Shown in pieces: positions 1 to 7,703 of a stretch of DNA of 13,276 nt. The stretch's first letter is position 1. Every line of letters begins with the position of its first letter. A program made the position numbers and the translations under genes. Origin of the DNA: Silvanigrellaceae bacterium (GTDB taxonomy: Bacteria > Bdellovibrionota_B > Oligoflexia > Silvanigrellales > Silvanigrellaceae); NCBI GenBank assembly GCA_049423385.1, contig JBMSQQ010000093.1:1-13276 (forward strand). The letters are read 5' to 3'. The notes under the pieces were generated by a model that was not told the origin of the DNA, did not search any database, and worked only from the letters and a program-made list of their open reading frames with translations.

Positions 1-1
1 T

Positions 2-640
2 CTCTATTTCTGCCACAGACCCGATGCGCATACGCCCGTCGAGGAGACGGTCCGAACGATGAATGACCTCATCCAGCAGGGTAAAATCCTATACTGGGGA
101 ACCAGTGAATGGCCGGCAGACCTCATCACGCAGGCTCATGCTGCTGCCAAGGAAAACCGCCTGATTGGTCCCACAATGGAACAACCACAATACAATATGC
201 TCCACAGGGACCGGATGGAAAAAGAGTATCTGAGACTCTTTAAAAACTTTGGCATGGGAACCACGATCTGGTCTCCACTTGCGTCTGGCATACTCACAGG
301 CAAGTACATCAACGGAATTCCAGATGGGAGCCGTTTTTCCAAACCCGGTATGGAATGGCTTCGGGACATCTATCTCAGCGAGAACGTGGAAACCCTCAAC
401 GGAAAAATCCAAAAACTGCAAACTTTGGCACAGGATCTTGGAATGAGCCTTCCGCAACTTGGAATTGCCTGGTGCCTGGCAAACAACAATGTGAGCACCG
501 TTATTCTTGGGGCGTCACGACTGGAACAGTTGACGGAAACCATGAAGGCAAACAACCTGAGGTCGAAATTGAATTCAGCGGTCATGAGCCAGATTGATTC
601 AATTCTTGGAAATGTTCCCACGCCCGAGAGGCTGTTTTGA
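2..640 (+). CDS. Aldo/keto reductase (Kv-beta/YghZ-like), 5'-truncated by the window edge
   Basis: The frame is open from base 2 (LYFCHRPDAHTPVEET...) into the listed ORF. AKR motifs: HRPD, GKILYWGTSEW, EQPQYNML, WSPLASGILTGKY, VSTVILGASRLEQL. Stop TGA at 638-640. Confidence 0.93.
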   Translation, partial: LYFCHRPDAHTPVEETVRTMNDLIQQGKILYWGTSEWPADLITQAHAAAKENRLIGPTMEQPQYNMLHRDRMEKEYLRLFKNFGMGTTIWSPLASGILTGKYINGIPDGSRFSKPGMEWLRDIYLSENVETLNGKIQKLQTLAQDLGMSLPQLGIAWCLANNNVSTVILGASRLEQLTETMKANNLRSKLNSAVMSQIDSILGNVPTPERLF

Positions 641-691
641 GTCCCGCGTGAACTGAGACAAATTTTTTAATTCTTGAAATGGGTAACAAAC

Positions 692-1426
692 ATGGAAGCA
701 TTGCTGTCCCCAGAGTTGTTGATGAGTCTTTTCACCCTTACGGTGATGGAAATTGTGCTCGGCATCGACAACATCATCTTCATCAGCCTTTTGGCAGGTC
801 GTCTACCAAAAGAGCAAAGACAAAAGGCCCGTCAACTTGGTCTGGGACTTGCAGCCGCGATGCGGGTGGGACTCCTGATGGGTGTGTCCTGGCTGGCTTC
901 ACTTACCAATCCCCTGTTTCAAATCGCAGGCTCGGACATTTCCATCAAAAGCCTCATTCTGTTGGCCGGAGGTTTGTTCCTCCTCTACAAGTCGACAAAA
1001 GAAATCCATCACAAGATAGAACAAGCCGATGAAAGTGGCCCGAACGCGAAGCTGAGCATGACTTTTGCCAGTGCCATTACACAAATCATCCTCATCGATC
1101 TCGTTTTCTCCATCGATTCCATCATCACCGCAATTGGCATGACCCAAAATACCCTCGTCATGATCATTGCCAATCTGCTCGCACTGGCACTGATGATGAT
1201 CTACGGCGGAGTCATTGGTGACTATGTCGACAAACATCCATCCATCAAGATGCTTGCATTGAGCTTTTTGTTGATGATTGGCGTTTTGCTGGTGGCCGAG
1301 AGCTTCAGCTACAAGATCCCGAAGGGCTACCTCTACTTCGCCATGGCGTTCAGCGTCGTCGTGGAAATGCTTAACCTGCGCTCCGGATCGCGCAAGCAGG
1401 CACATCCGCCGGGTCATTCTCCGTAA
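692..1426 (+). CDS. TerC-family integral membrane protein (no CBS/CorC domains)
   Basis: Motifs EIVLGIDNIIFI, GGLFLLYKSTKEIH, DLVFSIDSIITAIG, HPSIKMLALSFLLMIG and IPKGYLYFAMAFS, with about 7 hydrophobic segments. ATG 692 preferred over TTG 674. Confidence 0.92.
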   Translation: MEALLSPELLMSLFTLTVMEIVLGIDNIIFISLLAGRLPKEQRQKARQLGLGLAAAMRVGLLMGVSWLASLTNPLFQIAGSDISIKSLILLAGGLFLLYKSTKEIHHKIEQADESGPNAKLSMTFASAITQIILIDLVFSIDSIITAIGMTQNTLVMIIANLLALALMMIYGGVIGDYVDKHPSIKMLALSFLLMIGVLLVAESFSYKIPKGYLYFAMAFSVVVEMLNLRSGSRKQAHPPGHSP

Positions 1427-1950
1427 TGGTAATCAATCACCGTCAGGAGCATCGGCCCACGGGGTGTCTCGATTTCGATTTCATCGCCCTTTTTGGCTTT
1501 CAAAAGCCCAGCTCCGACAGGTGATTTCCAGGAGATTTTCTTGGCGGCAAGGTTAATCTCATCCTCACCCACAATCTGATATGTTCGGCGTTGGCCATTT
1601 TCATCTTCAATGGTGACAGTGGCGCCAAACCTGACACAATCCGGGTTCTGCTCCTTCGGGTCGATCACCCGTGCCTGATCAAGACGCTTGTTCAGGAATC
1701 GCACTCGCCGGTCGATTTCGCGCATCCGCTTTTTGCCATAAATGTATTCTGCATTTTCAGAGCGGTCGCCTTGCAGCACTGCCTGGCGCACCTCTTCAAC
1801 CACCCGGGGCCGCTCTTTTTTGACCAGATGATCACGCTCATCCTTGAGTTTTTCAAACCCGGCGGGTGTGATGAGATTGTTGCGTTCCAGCGGTTGGGAT
1901 GCCTGTTGGTCGTTATTCCTTCCCGACCTTCTTGGCACTCTTTCTTGCAT
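1414..1950 (-). CDS. greB: Transcription elongation factor GreB
   Basis: ITPAGFEKLKDE, GDRSENAEY (catalytic Asp/Glu), the GreB-type YGKKRMREIDRRVRFL, FGATVTIED and ISWKSPVG. ATG 1950 has AGGAG at 1959-1963 with an 8 nt spacer. Confidence 0.92.
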   Translation of the reverse strand: MQERVPRRSGRNNDQQASQPLERNNLITPAGFEKLKDERDHLVKKERPRVVEEVRQAVLQGDRSENAEYIYGKKRMREIDRRVRFLNKRLDQARVIDPKEQNPDCVRFGATVTIEDENGQRRTYQIVGEDEINLAAKKISWKSPVGAGLLKAKKGDEIEIETPRGPMLLTVIDYHYGE

Positions 1951-4246
1951 GTTGTTCGCTCCTGCCGACAGACCCCTCGGCACCTTTCGCGCTCAGGGAC
2001 AACTGGTTGTTTTCAACATCAACAACACACTCCCCGCCCTTGGCAAGAGGACCAAACAAAAGCTCCTTGACGAGGCGCTGTTTTATCTCGCGATCCACAA
2101 CCCGTTCGAGAGGCCTGGCCCCCAGCGCGGGATCAAAACCGGTATCCTTGAGCCAAATCCTCGCCTGCTCTGTAACCCGCAGGTTGACCCGTTTTGAAAC
2201 GAGAGTCTCGCGGAGGGCTTCCAAAGATTTATCGATGATCTTGAGCATGATTTCATCGCTCAGGCGGTTAAAGCTCACGACTGCATCGAGGCGGTTGAAA
2301 AATTCGGGTGAGAAGTGCTTTTTGACGGCCTCCAGTGCTCGGGATTCGGTGCTTTCAGGCATGAATCCCAAACCCTGGCCACTCAGCTCGCGAGCGCCTG
2401 CATTCGAGGTCAGGATGATAATGGCATTTCGAAAATCCGCGGTTCGACCGCTGGCATCGGTCAAACGTCCGCTGTCCATGACCTGCAAAAGGATGTTGTG
2501 GACCTCGGGATGAGCTTTTTCAATTTCATCGAGCAAGACAACACAGTAGGGCGTCTTTGTGACGGCCTCGGTCAACAGTCCACCCTCATCATAACCAACA
2601 TATCCCGGAGGTGCGCCAACCAACCTCGAAACCGTGTGCCGTTCCATGTATTCGCTCATGTCGAACCGATGAAGGGTGACTCCCAGGCTCTTTGCCAATT
2701 GCTTGGTGAGCTCTGTCTTGCCAACGCCCGTCGGACCCGCAAAAAGATAACAGCCAATCGGGCGCATGGGATGAGACAACCCAGAGCGCGACATATGGAT
2801 CGCGGACACGATGGTCTCAATCGCTGCATCCTGGCCAAAAATCGCCTTCTTCAAATCCAACTCGAGGTTTTGCAGTTGCATTTTTTGGTCGCTGGAAACT
2901 GAACGCTCCGGAATTTGCGCCATTGCGGCCACAACTTTTTCAATGTCCCGCAATTGAACCGTGCGAACAGTCTTTTTGCTTGAGCCATCATGCCGCAGTG
3001 ACACCTTGGCACCAGCCTCGTCGATGACGTCCAGGGCCTTGTCCGGCAAAAAACGACCATGCAGATGCTGAACACTCAATTCAACCGCGGCGCGCATCGC
3101 ATTGCGCGAATAAATCACCCCATGGTGCTCTTCATAACGTCCCTTGACGCCTTCGAGAATCGCAACGGTCTCGTCGGCCGTTGGCTCCTTCACTTCAATC
3201 TTTTGAAAGCGTCGACTCAGGGCGCGGTCTTTTTCAATATGAGCCCTGTACTCCTTGAATGTGGTCGAACCAATGCAGCTCAGGGATGCGTCGGCCAAAC
3301 TCGGCTTCAACAGGTTGGATGCATCCATTGCTCCACCGCTGGTCGCACCTGCTCCCACGACGGTGTGGATTTCATCAATAAACAAAATACCTTGAGGACG
3401 TGCCTCAATAGCCTTGACGACTCCCTTGAGTCTTTCCTCAAAATCGCCCCGATAGCGGGTGCCGGCAAGCAAGGCACCCATGTCGAGAGAATAAATCTCC
3501 GCAGAATACAATCTGGATGGAACTTTTTTCTGGACAATGCGCAAAGCCAGTCCCTCGACGACTGCAGTCTTGCCAACGCCAGGGTCACCCACAAGAATCG
3601 GATTGTTCTTGGTTCTTCGGCAAAGAATTTCGATCATGCGATCGATCAGGTCATCGCGTCCGACAACGTTCGGAATCCTGCCTTCCGCCGCCTTGGCATT
3701 CAACGAAACACAGAATTTTTCCAGGACGTCGTCCTTGCCATTGGCGGTTTGCCCTGCGTTTGTGTTCTGCTCGCGGGTGTTTTGATCTGTTCCGCCGCGT
3801 TGAGCGCCGGTCAGGGCGTGCGAATAGAACTGGATCATCTCCAAACGGTTGAGTCCCTGCTCTTCCAAAAACCAGGCAGCATGACAGTCCGGCTCGTTGA
3901 AAATCTCGATGAGGATCTTTCCGGTGTCGACGACCTCGCGGCCTGCACTGCGAACCCTCACCATCGTCCGATGTATCAACCGTTCAAGGGCAAGAGTCAT
4001 TGTCGGTGAAAACGCAGCGTCTTCCACGTCAGCAGCATCCACGACAGGCGAATTTTCTTGAAGAAACTTTTTGAGCTCGTCGCGCAGTGGCTCAATTTTG
4101 CCTCCACATGCCTCGAGCAATTCCTTCACTGCTGTGTCATCCAGAAGAGTCATCAACAGATGCTCAATCGTCAGATATTCGTGACGATTCTGGGTGGCAA
4201 ACTGAAACGCTGCCCGTATGCACTTTTCAAGTTGAGGACTCAGCAC
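1913..4246 (-). CDS. clpA: ATP-dependent Clp protease ATP-binding subunit ClpA
   Basis: 777 aa. N-domain RHEYLTIEHLL; NBD1 GDPGVGKT and LFIDEIH; NBD2 GPTGVGKT and LLDEIEKAH; GAPPGYVG pore loop; LGF ClpP-docking loop; no coiled-coil M domain. Lies directly downstream of clpS. GTG start. Confidence 0.96.
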   Translation of the reverse strand: MLSPQLEKCIRAAFQFATQNRHEYLTIEHLLMTLLDDTAVKELLEACGGKIEPLRDELKKFLQENSPVVDAADVEDAAFSPTMTLALERLIHRTMVRVRSAGREVVDTGKILIEIFNEPDCHAAWFLEEQGLNRLEMIQFYSHALTGAQRGGTDQNTREQNTNAGQTANGKDDVLEKFCVSLNAKAAEGRIPNVVGRDDLIDRMIEILCRRTKNNPILVGDPGVGKTAVVEGLALRIVQKKVPSRLYSAEIYSLDMGALLAGTRYRGDFEERLKGVVKAIEARPQGILFIDEIHTVVGAGATSGGAMDASNLLKPSLADASLSCIGSTTFKEYRAHIEKDRALSRRFQKIEVKEPTADETVAILEGVKGRYEEHHGVIYSRNAMRAAVELSVQHLHGRFLPDKALDVIDEAGAKVSLRHDGSSKKTVRTVQLRDIEKVVAAMAQIPERSVSSDQKMQLQNLELDLKKAIFGQDAAIETIVSAIHMSRSGLSHPMRPIGCYLFAGPTGVGKTELTKQLAKSLGVTLHRFDMSEYMERHTVSRLVGAPPGYVGYDEGGLLTEAVTKTPYCVVLLDEIEKAHPEVHNILLQVMDSGRLTDASGRTADFRNAIIILTSNAGARELSGQGLGFMPESTESRALEAVKKHFSPEFFNRLDAVVSFNRLSDEIMLKIIDKSLEALRETLVSKRVNLRVTEQARIWLKDTGFDPALGARPLERVVDREIKQRLVKELLFGPLAKGGECVVDVENNQLSLSAKGAEGSVGRSEQHARKSAKKVGKE

Positions 4247-4251
4247 GCGCG

Positions 4252-4584
4252 TTACTCCCGTTCCAGAGTTGTCAGCAGCGGAAATCCGTGCTGCTTGGAA
4301 AAGTCGTTCACCTGCTTGACCTTTGTTTCCGCGATCGAAAGCGGAAAAACGCCGGCGATTCCTTTTCCAGTTTTATGGACGAGCAGCATAATCTGCACCG
4401 CCTCTGTTTCTTTTTTTCGGAAGAATTTCTGCAAGACGTGAATGACGAACTCCATCGGGGTGTAATCGTCGTTGTTCAACACCACTTTGTACAAATTTGG
4501 CTTGGCCAGCTTTTGATCCGGCAGGGTCAGGAGATCATCTTCCCAATCTCCCCCCGGATTCGAACCTTTTCGATCACCCGACAT
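4252..4584 (-). CDS. clpS: Clp protease adaptor ClpS
   Basis: [20 protein letters not shown] and [10 protein letters not shown] (N-degron pocket Asn/Asp/Asp and His). Ends 5 bp upstream of clpA. Confidence 0.96.
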   Translation of the reverse strand: MSGDRKGSNPGGDWEDDLLTLPDQKLAKPNLYKVVLNNDDYTPMEFVIHVLQKFFRKKETEAVQIMLLVHKTGKGIAGVFPLSIAETKVKQVNDFSKQHGFPLLTTLERE

Positions 4585-4615
4585 TGCTTCAATCCCTATC
4601 TAAATTGCCAAGACA

Positions 4616-4643
4616 ATTATGCCTTTTATAGATGAGCAATCAA
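4616..4643 (-). promoter_or_regulatory. Possible sigma70-like promoter for clpS-clpA-greB
   Basis: Minus strand TTGATT (4643-4638), 16 nt, CATAAT (4621-4616), in an AT-rich stretch upstream of clpS. Consensus resemblance only. Confidence 0.25.
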
Positions 4644-5075
4644 AGAATGATGGGGAGGAATCACGAAAAGCTCAACGCGACCCACCCCGGCAGCCAAAAG
4701 GCCGATTTTTGCGGCAGCCGCACGCGACAAATCAATGGTCCTGTTGGCAATGAAAGGTCCCCGGTCGGTGATCCGGACCAGGGCATAGCGACCAGTCGCA
4801 ATCCTGCGAACAAGGACAATGGTCCCAAAGGGTAAGGTTGGATGAGCTGCCGTCAGCAGACTTTCATCATAGACCTCGCCGCTCGCTGTTTTGCGGCCAA
4901 CGAATTCGGGGCCATAAAATGACGCAATGCCCCTGCCCAACGGCATCAAATCCCCGGGAACACTGTCTTTTCGCAGCGTCTTTCCGAATGGATCCAAAGC
5001 AGCGCAACCATTGAACAAAATAGACGCGCTCGAAATCAGTGGCAAACACCGGACAAGTCCGAATTTCATCAACAC
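4626..5075 (-). CDS. rlpA: RlpA-family lytic transglycosylase (double-psi beta-barrel only), probable lipoprotein
   Basis: GIASFYG, GRKTASGEVYD, TAAHPTLPFGT, VRITDRGPF and IDLSRAAA. The signal-like N-terminus ends in LFNGC. No SPOR domain. Start is GTG 5075 or ATG 5069. Confidence 0.9.
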   Translation of the reverse strand: MLMKFGLVRCLPLISSASILFNGCAALDPFGKTLRKDSVPGDLMPLGRGIASFYGPEFVGRKTASGEVYDESLLTAAHPTLPFGTIVLVRRIATGRYALVRITDRGPFIANRTIDLSRAAAAKIGLLAAGVGRVELFVIPPHHSLIAHL

Positions 5076-5164
5076 TTTTTCCCTTTACTTCGACCTGAAA
5101 GTCATCTACCGACTGGGGCCGCTCGCTGATCATAGTTCAGGGGTTCAAAATTTGGGAGAACACC

Positions 5165-6385
5165 ATGGTTCGCTCGCTCGGTTCAATCTGCTCATTCGCA
5201 AGTGCTGCACTGTTGCTGGTTGCTTCAATCGGCTGTGAAAAATCTGCTGATTCGAAAACTGATCTCCCGCAAACCGTGTCACCAACAGCGTCGTCATCAC
5301 TGAAAACCGTCAATATTCCCCACACCCCGGTGAAATGGCAGAGCATTGGCAACTGCTGGGCTTATGCCGCTCTCGGCTGGGCAGAATCGATGATCATCCG
5401 CGCACCCAATCTCTCCAGCCCAAACTTCTCGGAAACCTACATCACCTACAGGCACTATGAACTGCAGTTGAGAGATGCCTCCCTGACAGAGCTGCAAACA
5501 GGCGGTTCATTTCAGGAAGCTGCAGAAATCATTGTCCGGTATGGACTCATCAACGAAGGTGACTTCATTCCTGGCGAAGCAAACATGACCAAGAGCGAAC
5601 GCCAGAAAACCGCCACGAATTATCTGAACGAAAGCATCAAATCGGGTGCACTTTCACAGTCGCGTAGCTACGACGTGGTGCGCGCCGAACTCGACGCTGC
5701 TTTCGGTGTCAACCTTGAAAAAGTAAGAGAGAAGATCATTGCCGCGTCTTCGGTGAAGGTGGGAATTGGTCGTGGTGACACAGCTCCACTTGATGAAGTC
5801 ATGAACAGTTGGCGTGAGATCCAGTGGCCGATTTCATGGTCGGAATATCCTTACGACAACAGCGAAGAACCATCACCACGCTGGAATGGAAAAGTGACGG
5901 AAGCCCAGGCACGGGTCATGCGCCGCGTCATGCGCGCGATGAACGCGAAGTATCCGGTTGTTGTGAACTGGTTTGTCGACTTCCGCGCAATGAATCAAAA
6001 TGGAGTCTTCGACCTGGAAACCCTCAAGCAATACAAAGGAACCGGTCGCCAAGGCTACCACTCGACAGTTCTTGAAGATTACGTCGCCGAAGGTGTTGAT
6101 CCTGAAACCCAGTTGCCTTTTGTAACTCCAGAGGGTGAAGCTTCAGACAAAATGAAGGCTTTGGCAGTTCAATACGGCACAATGAAGGCTCTCATCGTTA
6201 AAAACTCCTGGGGTGGCTCCGAGCGCCTGGACAGACCCAGCTATTTCCGTGACGGAGAAAAGGGATATCACAAGCTGGGAATTGAATATCTGCTCGCCTT
6301 TTTGCCGCGATTCAACGACGACTCGTATGAATTTGAAGGTTATACAACTGGCGTGAACAGTTTCATTGTGCCGCCCGGCTTCTGA
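5165..6385 (+). CDS. Probable lipoprotein, divergent papain-like (clan CA, C1-related) cysteine peptidase
   Basis: SD GGGAGA before the ATG. Hydrophobic signal ending ASIGC (Cys24). TPVKWQSIGNCWAYA (Gln59, Cys64), FSETY, GG motif, GYHSTVL (His299), IVKNSWG (Asn347) and GEKGYHKL. Confidence 0.8.
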   Translation: MVRSLGSICSFASAALLLVASIGCEKSADSKTDLPQTVSPTASSSLKTVNIPHTPVKWQSIGNCWAYAALGWAESMIIRAPNLSSPNFSETYITYRHYELQLRDASLTELQTGGSFQEAAEIIVRYGLINEGDFIPGEANMTKSERQKTATNYLNESIKSGALSQSRSYDVVRAELDAAFGVNLEKVREKIIAASSVKVGIGRGDTAPLDEVMNSWREIQWPISWSEYPYDNSEEPSPRWNGKVTEAQARVMRRVMRAMNAKYPVVVNWFVDFRAMNQNGVFDLETLKQYKGTGRQGYHSTVLEDYVAEGVDPETQLPFVTPEGEASDKMKALAVQYGTMKALIVKNSWGGSERLDRPSYFRDGEKGYHKLGIEYLLAFLPRFNDDSYEFEGYTTGVNSFIVPPGF

Positions 6386-6386
6386 T

Positions 6387-7703
6387 TCAAAGAATGTAAC
6401 CAAAGCCGGCCAGGAAGTAGGTCATGATATCCTTCTGCTGACCCTGGCCGGAATAGGCAACATCCTCGGAATATTTGTCCGTGCGATAAGTGTTGCCGAC
6501 CAACCCTTCGAACATGAATCGGTTTGACGACGTCAATGGCAATCTGACTCCAGCCATGCCTGTCAGGTGTAGACGTGTCGCAGTGCCGCTCCCGGAAAGT
6601 TTTTCACCAGGATCCGACTCATCTTTTATCGTTACTGTTTCCTTCAAAGACATTGTGATTCTGCCCGACAAAAAGAAATTATTTGCCGGCAGCATCTCGG
6701 CATCAGCACCCAACAACAGGCCGGAACGCGTGAGTGTTTGCGTATTTTTCGGACTCGATGCTCCTGCGGCGACCTGAAGAATTTCAGTCTGAGAGGCCAC
6801 GGGTGAAATAAAAACACCGGCTCGTGACAAAAATTTCAGACCCACAGGATAACGAAATACAACATCAATCTGCATTCCGGACCCTGTGGCAGTGGCGTCC
6901 TGCACTTCATTGGAAACTGGCTTCTTGAAACTCAACTTGTCTGCAGTCCAACTCGAATAATTGACTCTCAACCCAAGTCCATTGATCCAAGTTCCAAGCT
7001 TCAATTTGGGAACAAACGCCTCCAACTGAATGCCATACCCGGACACCGGAATGTTCAGCGGGACACCGGAGCGAACATTGGCCGTCTGGTGCTGTGCATT
7101 TTGAATCAGGACAAACGCCGGCAACGCCAGCGCATTTTCTCCAACAATGACTTCACCATCAACTGCGGCGGCAGAACCGGAAATTCCTCCTGTTCCAGCA
7201 TCTGAAGCTTTGATTGCATTCATGTTGAGTGTGGATTTCCCAGCCTCGGAACGTCTTGCGGGAGAAAAAACCCAGACAGTCACTCCCTTGTTGTTTTTCT
7301 GGACTTTTTGAAAAACAATTTCAGCAACGACGTCCTTTTGATTTTCCGCCAGTGCGTAGAAACATTCGCCACTGTTGGGTGCTGTTTCATTGGCGGGAGC
7401 AGGCAAGCCAATATTGTTTCCACCCTTGTCGAGTTTAATCTTGAATTTCTTTCCGGTGAAAGGCGACGCCAATTCTCTCAAGCGCGTGCTGTTTTCAACT
7501 TCAGTCGTAGGCGCTGGACAATTGTTTTGCGTTGCGGCAGGTGCAGATTTCGCGGCGCTCTTCGCTTTGTCGTCCTTGGCTTCCTTGCTGTCCTTGGCGG
7601 CAGGCTTTGCCTCATCTTTTGATTGCGCAAAGACGTCCGTCGTCCCAATGAAGAACGATGGCGCGACCAGGATTAAACCAACAAGCCTTTGTCGGATGCC
7701 CAT
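6387..7703 (-). CDS. Hypothetical secreted protein, probable outer-membrane beta-barrel with an N-terminal soluble domain
   Basis: 438 aa. SD GGAG at 7712-7715. Signal peptide ending in VFA|Q, then a Lys/Ala/Asp-rich linker. The C-terminal half has about 10 alternating amphipathic strands and ends YFLAGFGYIL, which resembles a beta-signal. Confidence 0.7.
   Translation of the reverse strand: MGIRQRLVGLILVAPSFFIGTTDVFAQSKDEAKPAAKDSKEAKDDKAKSAAKSAPAATQNNCPAPTTEVENSTRLRELASPFTGKKFKIKLDKGGNNIGLPAPANETAPNSGECFYALAENQKDVVAEIVFQKVQKNNKGVTVWVFSPARRSEAGKSTLNMNAIKASDAGTGGISGSAAAVDGEVIVGENALALPAFVLIQNAQHQTANVRSGVPLNIPVSGYGIQLEAFVPKLKLGTWINGLGLRVNYSSWTADKLSFKKPVSNEVQDATATGSGMQIDVVFRYPVGLKFLSRAGVFISPVASQTEILQVAAGASSPKNTQTLTRSGLLLGADAEMLPANNFFLSGRITMSLKETVTIKDESDPGEKLSGSGTATRLHLTGMAGVRLPLTSSNRFMFEGLVGNTYRTDKYSEDVAYSGQGQQKDIMTYFLAGFGYIL
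7572..7598. repeat. Imperfect 9-bp tandem repeat x3 in the low-complexity linker
   Basis: gtccttggc-ttccttgct-gtccttggc, encoding AKD-SKE-AKD on the minus strand. Confidence 0.5.

Noticed and set aside
641..691. Possible yybP-ykoY Mn riboswitch upstream of the TerC gene
   Set aside because: The gap is only 51 nt, AT-rich, and shows no matching structure.
1591..4635. Several plus-strand ORFs (up to 316 aa) opposite greB, clpA and clpS
   Set aside because: Typical antisense shadows of conserved genes, with no motifs.
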